Origin: a virus
Direction: 5' to 3' (one strand)
Length of the DNA stretch: 64,000 nt
Virus record (IMG/VR): IMGVR_UViG_3300042889_001061
Coordinates: 32,001 to 96,000 of that record
Shown here: in pieces, positions 47,810-57,521 of the stretch
How positions within the stretch are numbered: the stretch's first letter is position 1
Layout of the letters: every line of letters starts with the position of its first letter
Notes under the pieces: model-generated
Databases searched by the model: none
Seen by the model: only the letters and a program-made list of their open reading frames with translations
Told to the model about the DNA's origin: nothing
Made by a program: the position numbers and the translations under genes

Positions 47810-49201
47810 TTAGACAGGGCTGTGTCTTGCTAAATTAGCAAGAGGTTGCTCTAACATTATATCAGGGCAATGTCTTGCTAAGATGTCATGTACTTCTGGC
47901 AAGACCTTTCGCCAGTTGGTGCCCCTGATTTTATCTAGTTTGTCCATTACTGTTACAAATTCTTGATATTTTTTTGAATTTTCTCGGTCTATATATTTTT
48001 CTAATAATTTAATAATTGCTTTATACCACTTGGTGCGATTTTCTGTATGATGCATTAAATTTTTATAATGTTCGATGATTTCTTCCTTGGCCGATCTTGG
48101 TAAAGATCGCAGATCTAACCAAGCTGGACCTTCTAAAAATCTAAATTCTGCAGGGACGTCTAGTTCTTCGGCAACTTCAACTATTCGTTCTATAGAGTAT
48201 ATAGACGCGAGTCCTATACAACATGAAAGATAACGTATACTCATACCATTTTCTTTAATAGTTTTTATGTTCTTAACAATATTATTATAATTTCCCGGAA
48301 AACGAATAAGATTGTATCTTTCCTCCACGTCGTCGAGACTAACACAAAAGTCAATATTCTTAAAGAATTTAAATTTTTCAATAATCTTATTATTGATTAC
48401 AGTTAAATTTGTATCGTATCGCAGTGTAATATTTTTTGCAAAATCCCTTGCTATTAAACGATTTAATATTTCAGTCATAGCAGGAGAAATCAACGGCTCG
48501 CCACCGGAAAAATAAATGTATCTCAAGTCGGGTGCAATCTTATCAAAACGTTCCCACCAAATATCACTTTCCCACCATTTCGAATAATCTAAAATCTCTC
48601 GACCTTTGGTATCTGTGGTCATCCTATAATCTTTGTCACCCCACTCAGTACCCGCCGGCGTAACTTGGACATCGCCCCAAAGTTTACTCCAATCTTCATA
48701 CCAAAGACTGCTGTATTCAGGACTGCACATTATACATTTTTGATTGCATAAATTGCTCAATCGAAGGCCTAAATTTACAACCTTGGCAGTTGAAGTACCA
48801 TCGGGTAATGTATATTGATCGGCCTGATCCCAGCGGACATATTCTGGAATCCGTTTAGTCATATGCCTATTGACTCGTTGTCTTTTACTCTTGCCCCATT
48901 TTTTAACATCTTCGTCGCCTGGCACATCAAGGCCTTTAGTGCTATGCTCAGCATCATAACAATTACGACATCTCGTTACTTTAATATTTTCTTTAAGTTG
49001 TAATCGATGATTTTTATGGGTTACACTATTAATAGCCTCTTCTATGGAATGGGTCATGACATTCATTACGTTGCCATTCTCATCATGCGCCATTCCATAA
49101 TCTTTATTATAATTTGCCAGGCAACATATTTTATAGTCACCGAGTGTGTTGATTTCTATTTGGCTCCACAACTCGCCACAAAAACTTTCTAAATTAAACA
49201 T
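47810..49201 (-). CDS. Radical SAM protein with twitch/SPASM-like domain
   Basis: N-terminal C...ICC...CRNC; CNQKCIMC; FSGGEPL. Confidence 0.88.
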   Translation of the reverse strand: MFNLESFCGELWSQIEINTLGDYKICCLANYNKDYGMAHDENGNVMNVMTHSIEEAINSVTHKNHRLQLKENIKVTRCRNCYDAEHSTKGLDVPGDEDVKKWGKSKRQRVNRHMTKRIPEYVRWDQADQYTLPDGTSTAKVVNLGLRLSNLCNQKCIMCSPEYSSLWYEDWSKLWGDVQVTPAGTEWGDKDYRMTTDTKGREILDYSKWWESDIWWERFDKIAPDLRYIYFSGGEPLISPAMTEILNRLIARDFAKNITLRYDTNLTVINNKIIEKFKFFKNIDFCVSLDDVEERYNLIRFPGNYNNIVKNIKTIKENGMSIRYLSCCIGLASIYSIERIVEVAEELDVPAEFRFLEGPAWLDLRSLPRSAKEEIIEHYKNLMHHTENRTKWYKAIIKLLEKYIDRENSKKYQEFVTVMDKLDKIRGTNWRKVLPEVHDILARHCPDIMLEQPLANLARHSPV

Positions 49202-49301
49202 AACAATATTTATTTCATAATTCCGTAAATACAGACTTATAAATTAAATTGACATAAATTTAAATTGACTGTATAATACATTATCGTAACTAGGAGCATT
49301 T

Positions 49302-49475
49302 ATGGCAGGCAAAGCAAAATCAATCTATCTCACAATACTGCCCAAGGGTCAGCATATGAGTGTTTTTAAGAAAGTATTCTTTGAAGCCAAGTCTTACAAT
49401 GAATACATCAAGTCAGAAGAGTTCAAAGCCAAGTGGCCCGCAGACCAATTTGACATTGTTAAAGAAACCTATTAA
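49302..49475 (+). CDS. Small hypothetical protein (not in ORF track)
   Basis: AGGAG SD; MAGKAKSIYLTILPKG...KETY*. Confidence 0.65.
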   Translation: MAGKAKSIYLTILPKGQHMSVFKKVFFEAKSYNEYIKSEEFKAKWPADQFDIVKETY

Positions 49476-49536
49476 TTGACACAAATTGGTTTCGGCGTTA
49501 TAATACATACATAGTTTAACAAAACAGGAGTTTGAA

Positions 49537-50001
49537 ATGGGAACACGTAGTCGTATTGGTGTTATGCATGGTGAAATCTGCAAGTCAGTATACTGTCACT
49601 GGGATGGTTATTTGGAACACAATGGTGCCATCCTACAAGAACACTATGACAGCGCCAAGGCCAATAACCTAGTGGCACTGGGTGACTTGTCAAGTCTCAA
49701 AGCCACGATTGGCGAGAAGCACGCCTTTAGCCAGTTTGAGTTGCGGGCTGAAGAAGTTGCGGGCTACAAACTGTTGACTGAGAATATGTGTACATTCTAC
49801 GGTCGCGACCGCGGTGAAGAAGGTGTAGAGTTTAAGTCAGACATGACCTTTGCAGACTTCTTGGATCGTGTGGACAACTGTGGTGCAGAGTATTACTATA
49901 TCATGCGTGATGGTGTATGGTATACAGGTTGCCCTGGTAAAGGTTCCAAGTTGGTGCCTTTGGCAGAAGCATTGGCCGCAGTCAAAGAGACAGTAGAATG
50001 A
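49537..50001 (+). CDS. Conserved phage early protein (YCHWDGY motif)
   Basis: MGTRSRIG...SVYCHWDGY; promoter and SD. Confidence 0.7.
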   Translation: MGTRSRIGVMHGEICKSVYCHWDGYLEHNGAILQEHYDSAKANNLVALGDLSSLKATIGEKHAFSQFELRAEEVAGYKLLTENMCTFYGRDRGEEGVEFKSDMTFADFLDRVDNCGAEYYYIMRDGVWYTGCPGKGSKLVPLAEALAAVKETVE

Positions 50002-50105
50002 TTATCGTATTGGGAATGTGTTTTGGAGTTTGTTTAGGTGTAGCGATACATCTTTATTATAAGAACAAAGAATAACTAATGTAGAAGTTGCGTAAAGGAT
50101 TTAAA

Positions 50106-50426
50106 ATGGAATATCAACGACGATTTGATGACCAAGGTTTGGTAGCAGTATTGATCTCCTCTGGCTTTGGTGCTGGTTGGAGCACTTGGGCACACGTACA
50201 TGAACGAGAAGGCCTGTTGTTCGACAGCCGACTGGTTGACTATGTGTTGCAGACAGGCACAGAAGGCTTGGCAGACTATGCCGAGTCCTTGGGTTATACA
50301 AGCTACGGTGGCGGTGCAGAAGATGTTCGAGTAGAATGGTTGGAACAAGGCACACGATTCTATGTAGAAGAATACGACGGCAGCGAAAGCATCCGTACAT
50401 TCGATCACTTGAGTCACGTAGCATAA
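50106..50426 (+). CDS. Conserved phage hypothetical protein
   Basis: GFGAGWSTW...EYDGSE. Confidence 0.65.
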   Translation: MEYQRRFDDQGLVAVLISSGFGAGWSTWAHVHEREGLLFDSRLVDYVLQTGTEGLADYAESLGYTSYGGGAEDVRVEWLEQGTRFYVEEYDGSESIRTFDHLSHVA

Positions 50427-50435
50427 GGAAATAAA

Positions 50436-50792
50436 ATGGCAGGATATCAATCAGTATTGGCACTTCGCAGTCTTGAAGCAGAAATCGATGCACTTGGCTT
50501 CATTCTCTGCGATCCCAAAACGGGCTGGGGCGGCGATGACTTTAATAACTTAGTGGGCATTAGACCCAAAACCATTGATGCCCTGCCAATTTATGCCCGT
50601 GACGCAGAAATCTTTAGAGGTACACTAGAAGAACTTCGAGTATGGGTTCGAGGTGTTCATTGGGCTCGCGAGTATGACCGTATGCTCAAAGTCAGCGACG
50701 ATAAAACACGAGCAAAGAAAGAAGATCATGAGCGCGGCCGACAATTAATTGCCAAACTTAAAAAAGACCACACTAATGTCATCGCAGAATAA
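50436..50792 (+). CDS. Hypothetical protein
   Basis: AGGA SD, ORF. Confidence 0.6.
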   Translation: MAGYQSVLALRSLEAEIDALGFILCDPKTGWGGDDFNNLVGIRPKTIDALPIYARDAEIFRGTLEELRVWVRGVHWAREYDRMLKVSDDKTRAKKEDHERGRQLIAKLKKDHTNVIAE

Positions 50793-51108
50793 ATTCCTTG
50801 CTATGTGGGACTGCAACGGTCTCGAGTGTTTGTTTGACATCACAGATTTAGAAGGCGATAATTTTATGGCAACGCTGAAAGGCCAAACACATAAAACTCC
50901 TTTTAATATTGGCACGATGATGCTTAGGGCACGATATAACAGCCAGCGTAGTTATGAGATTTATATCTTTGATACAGACGAAACAATGGACTATGATTTC
51001 GTTAAAGATATGTTTGATAATGATCCTCAGATCATTGTAAATTCTATTCGTGAGAATGGCAGAAAATTGTACAGCGATTACAGTCCAAAACAGCGAGCTA
51101 TATCTTGA
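50776..51108 (+). CDS. Hypothetical protein
   Basis: MWDCNGLE...RARYNSQRSYEIY. Confidence 0.6.
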   Translation: MSSQNKFLAMWDCNGLECLFDITDLEGDNFMATLKGQTHKTPFNIGTMMLRARYNSQRSYEIYIFDTDETMDYDFVKDMFDNDPQIIVNSIRENGRKLYSDYSPKQRAIS

Positions 51109-51270
51109 CTTTATTAGTAAAAGAGTATAATATATGTAAAGCAATATCGCTGACAAACCTTGTTGAATTGATAAATGGTTATATTCGACAAGGCTGGCAA
51201 CCTTTTGGAAGTGTGGCGCAGGTAGAGGGTGAACACGGTATTAGAGAATACTGCCAAACAATGGTGAAAT

Positions 51271-51480
51271 ATGAATAAAAAACTTAGACAATTTGAAAAA
51301 CAAAGTGGTCTTGATATCTACGGACTTGGTGCTAGAAGAGAAATTTGGGACAAGGCCATGGAAAAATATGCCAAGTTGATCATACAAGACTGCATCGAAA
51401 TTAACAAGCAAGAACTTTCATTTACAGCGTTCGAGCGCTTGATGAACAAGTATCAAGAAAATTTCGGAGTTGAAGAATGA
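51271..51480 (+). CDS. HFGVE-family paralog 1 (divergent)
   Basis: EKYAKLIIQDC...NFGVEE. Confidence 0.7.
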   Translation: MNKKLRQFEKQSGLDIYGLGARREIWDKAMEKYAKLIIQDCIEINKQELSFTAFERLMNKYQENFGVEE

Positions 51481-51738
51481 ATTTTTTTTGGGGATTCCTG
51501 TTAGGGTATATTGTGGGAGTGCTGTACATGGCATATCGTTCTAACACGGATTCGAGGACAACCACAGAATGAATACTATAATATTAGCATGGGTACTAGT
51601 GGTAGGGGCGCACGGAGACAATACTCCTCCTATAATCTCTCCTTTGGTAGCAGACTTGGCCAGTTGTGAGCGTATGCAACAAGCGGTGAGGATTGGTCGG
51701 GATCGCAGTTCACAATGCGTGGAAATAAAGGTATTGAA

Positions 51739-51969
51739 ATGAACAAACGAATTAAAGAACTTTACCAACAGGCTTACGATTCAGTACATGAATTTCAGGC
51801 AGGCATGCTAGTATTAGATCCTGTAGAAGAAAAGTTCGCCGAGTTGATTGTGCAAGAATGTATTCTAACTATCCAAATGGGAATTACTCGTGATGGATAC
51901 GATACTGAAAAGTATCAAAGGTCAATGAAACATATTAAACAGATTAAAGAACATTTCGGAGTTGAATAA
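51739..51969 (+). CDS. HFGVE-family paralog 2
   Basis: MNKRIKEL...EKFAELIVQEC...HFGVE. Confidence 0.75.
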   Translation: MNKRIKELYQQAYDSVHEFQAGMLVLDPVEEKFAELIVQECILTIQMGITRDGYDTEKYQRSMKHIKQIKEHFGVE

Positions 51970-52208
51970 TGGACATAGATAAATCAGCGGTATTCCTAGC
52001 AGGCAGTGTATTAATTATGCTTGGGTTCGTTATAATTGTTGCAGGCATTGCAGTAATCAACAATATCTTGCACAAGTACTGGAAACCTGTGAAAATATTC
52101 ACAGCAGACAGTTGGCAACCTTTTGGCGGAACATCGCTTCCCCGCTATGCAACGGAAGAAGAACTAAAGATTGCATCTCGCCTTAACGAAGGGAAGAATA
52201 AACCATGA
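51969..52208 (+). CDS. Small membrane protein
   Basis: N-terminal TM. Confidence 0.6.
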   Translation: MDIDKSAVFLAGSVLIMLGFVIIVAGIAVINNILHKYWKPVKIFTADSWQPFGGTSLPRYATEEELKIASRLNEGKNKP

Positions 52209-52417
52209 ACTCACGAATTAAACAACTTGCTGAACAAGCTACTACCTACATTGATCCAACAGCCAATGACGGGGTATGTTGGGACTTTGACAAAGAAAAG
52301 TTCGCCCAGCTGATTGTGCGGGAATGTGCTGGTATCTTTGAGGGAGTCTATACAGATCAACAAAGGCCCGAGCGTATTGATACCAGAATCAAAGAACATT
52401 TCGGAGTTGAAGAATGA
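52205..52417 (+). CDS. HFGVE-family paralog 3
   Basis: MNSRIKQLAEQA...EKFAQLIVREC...HFGVEE. Confidence 0.75.
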   Translation: MNSRIKQLAEQATTYIDPTANDGVCWDFDKEKFAQLIVRECAGIFEGVYTDQQRPERIDTRIKEHFGVEE

Positions 52418-52632
52418 ACACTCCAATTGTACCAGATAATAAATTCAAGTTTTGGGCGGATCCTAGATTTGAAATACTGGCCGAAGTTGATAAACTGTTG
52501 AACGGTAGCAAGATTTGGGGCGGTATGGAGTGGAGCTATCATCCTATCCATCCTGTCAAATATCGTCCTGTTGCTGAAAAAGTTCGAGTAGCAATGGATG
52601 CGCTAAAAGCTGAATACGGAATTGAAGAATGA
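52414..52632 (+). CDS. Hypothetical protein ending YGIEE
   Basis: ATGA coupling at both ends. Confidence 0.65.
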   Translation: MNTPIVPDNKFKFWADPRFEILAEVDKLLNGSKIWGGMEWSYHPIHPVKYRPVAEKVRVAMDALKAEYGIEE

Positions 52633-52744
52633 TTAACGATATTTTCCTTTGGATGATGGCGCTGCCACAGTTTTGGCTACAGGTCATGTGGGTAGGCAGT
52701 ATTGTTATGCCAATTGTGCTACTGGGTGTTTTTAGGATCTTACA

Positions 52745-52975
52745 ATGAACGAACGAATTCGACAACTTGCTGAAAAAGCAAACATTGAGTTTACCTATGA
52801 CCCAACAGAGACACCTGTCAGAGCATTTGTCGAGTGTTGGGAAGATGAACTTGAAAAGTTCGCTGACATGATTGTGCAAGAATGCGGTGTAGCATTGAGT
52901 CCTATGTTGCGTGATATGATCAGCCGTGGGCAGGCTGTGGAGTTGATTAAGAAACATTTTGGAGTTGAACTATGA
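52745..52975 (+). CDS. HFGVE-family paralog 4
   Basis: MNERIRQLAEKA...EKFADMIVQEC...HFGVEL. Confidence 0.75.
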   Translation: MNERIRQLAEKANIEFTYDPTETPVRAFVECWEDELEKFADMIVQECGVALSPMLRDMISRGQAVELIKKHFGVEL

Positions 52976-53087
52976 CACAGAACGATTGGGTATTACTAAT
53001 GTGTCTAGCAATTGGATGGCTACAGGGTCTGTATATTGGATGGTTACTGTGGCGTAGACCACAATTGAAATATCACGGAGTTGAAGA

Positions 53088-53288
53088 ATGAACTTACGAA
53101 TTCAAGAACTTTTAAAACAAGCTAGGGTCACTGATAACTGGAACAAGGCAGACTGGTACAGTATGAGTCCAGAGATGATTGAAAAATTCGCCCAGTTGAT
53201 TGTCAAGGAATGTGCCGAGGTAGCTGATAAAGCAGAACCGTATCAGACCAGTGATTTGATTTTGAAACATTTCGGAGTTGAACTATGA
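53088..53288 (+). CDS. HFGVE-family paralog 5
   Basis: MNLRIQELLKQA...EKFAQLIVKEC...HFGVEL. Confidence 0.75.
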   Translation: MNLRIQELLKQARVTDNWNKADWYSMSPEMIEKFAQLIVKECAEVADKAEPYQTSDLILKHFGVEL

Positions 53289-54448
53289 AAAATTTACTTT
53301 GTTATCCACGTAAAATTCACTTTGGTATAATTGCATTAGTTTCTACTTGTGCAGTTTCGCAAACTGTACTACCTATGAAGGATGGGCAATTCTTCATGCC
53401 AGACGAATGGTTGATGAGCGTGGGGCAACCTTATCATTATAAAATTCCAGCATCTAATAATGGAGCAGTTATATCTAGTAGAGCACCCATCAATTCTGAA
53501 AAATCAGTAATTGAAAGAGCTAATTCTTATCTAGACAAATCTGCATCTAAAGTTATTTTACTAGGTGATGGTAAGAAAATTGTTCATGTAAATTTTAAAT
53601 CACCTGCTAATGAATCAAAGTTGTATCTAAGTGCTAGTATGGATAAAACTATTACAGCATTGAGTGCTGGAGTTGCAATCTGTGACGGTAAAATTTCGTT
53701 AACTACTAAAGCACAAGATCTAATTCCTAGCCTAACGGGCACCGACTTGGGTCGAAGCACATTAGAAGATAACTTGAAAATGGCATCGGGCACAGTAACA
53801 GCTATGGACGATGGCCAAAGTGAAACTCCTGCAGAATTGGCTAGCAGAATGTCGGGTAAAACTAATTTTATGGACATACTATCAGGAAGGCTAGGAAAAG
53901 CTCGTACAACAATATTTGGTAAAAAGACTCAGCCCGGCGAAACATTTGATTATAAATCACAAGATCCATTGCTAGTAGGTATGATGATTTCTGCCGCATA
54001 CGGACAAGAAGGAAAGAATTTAAGGGCATGGCAAGAGAAGAACTTTTGGCCAAAGGTTCGTGTAAATGATAGAATCATACAAGGCGAAGACCAATCGGGA
54101 TATGCACAGTCGGATGGTAACACTCGTTTAACTATTGCAGATTGGACTCGGTTGGCAAATTTTGTTATAGACAGTCGTAAAGAAACTGGATGCTATGGTG
54201 ATTTTGTACGTTCGGCAACCAAGACACAAATTAAAACAGATAATCGATTTGCTAAAATGTACAATGGTTATGGATACTTTATATGGTCAGATAATTCTCA
54301 ACTACCAGGTAGCTTCTCATCTTTGGGTTACGGTGGTCAAAGCATTACTTGGAATACAAAGAATGACAAATATGTTATTGTATTCTCCAATCAAGGAGAT
54401 TTAACTGGTGTACATAAAATTGCAGATCAATGGTTCAACGCAAAATGA
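53285..54448 (+). CDS. Secreted serine hydrolase, beta-lactamase class C-like fold
   Basis: Signal-like N-terminus; SMDK (SxxK), PGETFDYKS, YGYFIW, GYGGQ. Confidence 0.8.
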   Translation: MKNLLCYPRKIHFGIIALVSTCAVSQTVLPMKDGQFFMPDEWLMSVGQPYHYKIPASNNGAVISSRAPINSEKSVIERANSYLDKSASKVILLGDGKKIVHVNFKSPANESKLYLSASMDKTITALSAGVAICDGKISLTTKAQDLIPSLTGTDLGRSTLEDNLKMASGTVTAMDDGQSETPAELASRMSGKTNFMDILSGRLGKARTTIFGKKTQPGETFDYKSQDPLLVGMMISAAYGQEGKNLRAWQEKNFWPKVRVNDRIIQGEDQSGYAQSDGNTRLTIADWTRLANFVIDSRKETGCYGDFVRSATKTQIKTDNRFAKMYNGYGYFIWSDNSQLPGSFSSLGYGGQSITWNTKNDKYVIVFSNQGDLTGVHKIADQWFNAK

Positions 54449-54912
54449 AAAAAATATTCTATGAAAAAGTCGGCCGAAGATATAAACCTGTGGCCGAATA
54501 CGACAATGAATACCTTGACAGTTTTCCTAAAGGTGCTCATTTAGTCTTGGTTAACCCTGGTATTAGTAGTCGTAGGTTTCGCATTGATCCAGCTCTTGCT
54601 CCAATGATTGCCGCGGGACATTATGCCGAAGATGCTATCTGTGATGCACTTCGCAGAGCCAGCGAAATGAAACCTCAACGCACACCCATTACTACAGGTC
54701 AACTCAAGGCTTGGAAAAAACTAGCCAAAGAGTTTGGTGATGAATTATGTCCATTGATGCAGGCCAGTGCCAGAGATTTAGCAGAAGCCGGAGTGCAGGC
54801 CATGCAAATAGAAGCAGATAAACTCATGCAAAATGCCGCAGTAAAAGAAGCCTACGATCATTTTATGTTCTTGGCCAAGTTGACCTACGATGAAAATCAA
54901 AACAAAGTCTAA
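54445..54912 (+). CDS. Conserved phage hypothetical protein
   Basis: YEKVGRRYKPV..Y. Confidence 0.65.
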   Translation: MKKIFYEKVGRRYKPVAEYDNEYLDSFPKGAHLVLVNPGISSRRFRIDPALAPMIAAGHYAEDAICDALRRASEMKPQRTPITTGQLKAWKKLAKEFGDELCPLMQASARDLAEAGVQAMQIEADKLMQNAAVKEAYDHFMFLAKLTYDENQNKV

Positions 54913-55102
54913 CGGTAAATGCGTTTTGGAGTTTGAAGAATTCTACGGCATCCACTTAACTGAAACAGTGGATGCCGTTGTCGACTTGGCCAAAGAACAC
55001 AATGCAAGACGCACCTCTTACAATATGTGGGAATTCAAAGATCAAAAAACAGCAGAAGAATTTATATTTTTATATAGGCTAACACATGAAAATAAAAATT
55101 AA
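54890..55102 (+). CDS. Small protein, C-terminal FxL-motif family
   Basis: FKDQKTAEEFIFLYRL. Confidence 0.55.
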   Translation: MKIKTKSNGKCVLEFEEFYGIHLTETVDAVVDLAKEHNARRTSYNMWEFKDQKTAEEFIFLYRLTHENKN

Positions 55103-55388
55103 GCGCACAGACAAGCGTCATACTGCTCACAACAGATTTAAATACTATGTCGAGATCAAACACGATGACTGGTCAAAACGAAATGACGCTCGCGAAAAGT
55201 TTTTTGAATTAAGATTATGGTGCTGGGAAACTTGGGGACCCAGCCGAGAAGTTGATCAATATAGTTTAGATTATAAAGACACACCTGACAAAAATAACCA
55301 TTGGTCTTGGATTAATGATCCTTATAGAGCAAGATTGTACTTAGCCAGCCCAGAAGATGCTGCCTTCTTTACATTAAAGTGGGCATGA
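55086..55388 (+). CDS. Small protein, C-terminal FxLKW family
   Basis: DAAFFTLKWA. Confidence 0.65.
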   Translation: MKIKIKRTDKRHTAHNRFKYYVEIKHDDWSKRNDAREKFFELRLWCWETWGPSREVDQYSLDYKDTPDKNNHWSWINDPYRARLYLASPEDAAFFTLKWA

Positions 55389-55603
55389 CTGAATTCAAAA
55401 TATATCGCAGTCTAGATAAGGTATTGGATATAGTTTATACTCTACGCAGTCAAGGACTACAGCAGGGAAAGGACTTTGATTTTACCTGGGTTCCAGAAAA
55501 TAACTATGGATTTTATCACGAAGAAGAATATAAGAAACACGTCATCTTTACTTTTTACAATGACGAACTTGCTATGATGTTTGCACTAAAATATGGATCA
55601 TAA
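55385..55603 (+). CDS. Small protein, C-terminal FxLKW family
   Basis: LAMMFALKYGS. Confidence 0.65.
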   Translation: MTEFKIYRSLDKVLDIVYTLRSQGLQQGKDFDFTWVPENNYGFYHEEEYKKHVIFTFYNDELAMMFALKYGS

Positions 55604-55946
55604 ATTATACCCTTATCAACAACAAATCTTAAAAAATATTGTATCGGGCGGTACCAAGACTATTATTTCTTCAGGCAGGCAATTAGGAAAAAGCCGTGTA
55701 AATCAGTGGATACAATGGCTTCCGGATGATGCTACGAACTATCGAGTCCACAGACAAGCCTTGGTAGATAATAAACCGTGGTATACGGTTCACTGTGGCA
55801 AAGATGTGTCTGCTTGGATCAGGCAACAACCATGTAAAGACAAAGAATGGTATCAGCACATCGATGCTAGGTGGGATATGTATGTGTATGCATTCGATAT
55901 TACCGAAGAACTTTATATGTTGTTAGTTTTAAAGTTTGGAAAATGA
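55593..55946 (+). CDS. Small protein, C-terminal FxLKW family
   Basis: LYMLLVLKFGK; N-terminal LYPYQ...GRQLGKS terminase/helicase-like fragment. Confidence 0.6.
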   Translation: MDHKLYPYQQQILKNIVSGGTKTIISSGRQLGKSRVNQWIQWLPDDATNYRVHRQALVDNKPWYTVHCGKDVSAWIRQQPCKDKEWYQHIDARWDMYVYAFDITEELYMLLVLKFGK

Positions 55947-56392
55947 AAACCACAGACATAAAAAATCTCATAGACAATGTAACCGAAAATTTAAAAAGTC
56001 GGTGGGACTTCTATCGTCATGCCGCTTACTTGAAAGAAAAGAACTGGACTGAAGAGCAATATCAAGACTATAAGGATCCCGATAGAAATCTACGTGCTAC
56101 TCGTATTAAAGATTACTATCGAGGATATCCTTATATTGTGGTATTCGAAAGTTCCCGTGGTGATCCATGGACAAGATATCCCAGTTGGGTGGAAGGCTAC
56201 AAGGCTTTATCAAGGTGGTGTCAAAAAAACTGTAAAGATAAATTCCGCAGTGATATTCATAGAGTTATTCGAGCACCAAGTACTGGCAACGAATGGGAGT
56301 TGAATGACATTGGCGGTGGTGATGCATTGTTTTTCGTGTTTAAGAGCCAAGAAGATTGTTTTATGTTTACATTAAAGTGGGGCGGAGGATGA
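55943..56392 (+). CDS. Protein, C-terminal FxLKW family
   Basis: FKSQEDCFMFTLKWG. Confidence 0.65.
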   Translation: MKTTDIKNLIDNVTENLKSRWDFYRHAAYLKEKNWTEEQYQDYKDPDRNLRATRIKDYYRGYPYIVVFESSRGDPWTRYPSWVEGYKALSRWCQKNCKDKFRSDIHRVIRAPSTGNEWELNDIGGGDALFFVFKSQEDCFMFTLKWGGG

Positions 56393-56577
56393 CTGCAATG
56401 AAAATTAAAGGGCATGGCCCAGCAGTTGCCGCCGCCACTTGGCTCAAAAACAAAGGTTGGCACTACACAATGAAGTTATCTAATAATCGTCCATTCAGTG
56501 CAATCTACGACATAAGTATATCAAACAGAGAACAAGCGATGATATTTAAATTAACCTTTGGAGCCGAAATTGTTTAA
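56389..56577 (+). CDS. Small protein, C-terminal FxLKW family
   Basis: QAMIFKLTFG. Confidence 0.6.
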   Translation: MTAMKIKGHGPAVAAATWLKNKGWHYTMKLSNNRPFSAIYDISISNREQAMIFKLTFGAEIV

Positions 56578-57337
56578 ACGAATTCTATTAATATTTTGTT
56601 TGCTATTTGCAAACAGCGTATATGCCAACAGCTACGGGCTCTACGATTTTGACAACGTTCGATATGAGCACAGCAAAAATACCGCCGACGTCCGCAGTAT
56701 TGCCAGCATAACAAAACTATTCACAGCCTACGCAGTAGTCATGAGTTTAGTAGATTTAGATGAAAAAGTCAAAGTACAGGGAAAATCCTCTGGCAGATTT
56801 GCTCGTGGCTCTTATTTACAACGCAGTGAATTGATGCGGGCCATGTTAATGAGCAGTGATAATTTAGCCGCAGAAACATTAGCTCACGCCCACCCTGGAG
56901 GTTACGAACAATTTCTCAAAGATATTAATTGGCATCTAGGACTTAATGGATTTAAAGAAACTAAAATTGTAGACGCCACAGGCTTACTGGCAGGCAACGT
57001 CAGCACAGTGGATGAACTAAAAGAGTTTTTGTTTATATTACGCAGAATAGATATCATTAGATATTATAGCAGTGACAAAATATATTCGGTTAAATATCAA
57101 CCACCAAAGAGTAAACGTACAATAACTATTCAATTAAGGAATACTAATCCACAGATTTTTACCTATGACAGTATTGTACTGACTAAAACAGGATTTACCA
57201 ACGCCGCTGGTAGATGTCTTGCCATGCTAGTAGAAAAGAATGGTGTGCTGTATGCTATGATCACATTGGGTAACAAAGATGTCAGACAGCGCACCGGTGT
57301 CATCAACGAAATGTTCAACGTACATGTACATGACTGA
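56558..57337 (+). CDS. D-Ala-D-Ala carboxy/endopeptidase (peptidase S11, PBP7-like)
   Basis: Signal peptide; IASITKL, SSDN, KTGFTNAAGRCL. Confidence 0.9.
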   Translation: MEPKLFKRILLIFCLLFANSVYANSYGLYDFDNVRYEHSKNTADVRSIASITKLFTAYAVVMSLVDLDEKVKVQGKSSGRFARGSYLQRSELMRAMLMSSDNLAAETLAHAHPGGYEQFLKDINWHLGLNGFKETKIVDATGLLAGNVSTVDELKEFLFILRRIDIIRYYSSDKIYSVKYQPPKSKRTITIQLRNTNPQIFTYDSIVLTKTGFTNAAGRCLAMLVEKNGVLYAMITLGNKDVRQRTGVINEMFNVHVHD

Positions 57338-57521
57338 AGTACGAGTGGATTGGCAAGCCGGAGACGATGTTCCCCTTTGGGATAAAAAATGTATCAGTGT
57401 GTTAGAACGTTTTGGATTGCCTGGCAACAAATACGAAACTAAAATAACTGATGATTATATGATTTTTTATTTCGATGATCCCGAAGATGCATTAGTAGCA
57501 AAACTAATGTTGGGCGGATAG
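57330..57521 (+). CDS. Small protein, C-terminal FxLKW-like family
   Basis: FDDPEDALVAKLMLG. Confidence 0.6.
   Translation: MTEVRVDWQAGDDVPLWDKKCISVLERFGLPGNKYETKITDDYMIFYFDDPEDALVAKLMLGG

Larger units (their letters stand above)
51271..53288 (+). repeat. Tandem array of five 'MNxRI..EKFA.LIV.EC..HFGVE' paralogs interleaved with small membrane-protein ORFs
   Basis: Paralogs at 51271-51480, 51739-51969, 52205-52417, 52745-52975, 53088-53288 share DNA blocks. Confidence 0.85.

Noticed and set aside
53285-54448. Antibiotic-resistance beta-lactamase
   Set aside because: Only fold-level motifs; lacks the YxN and KTG of true AmpC.
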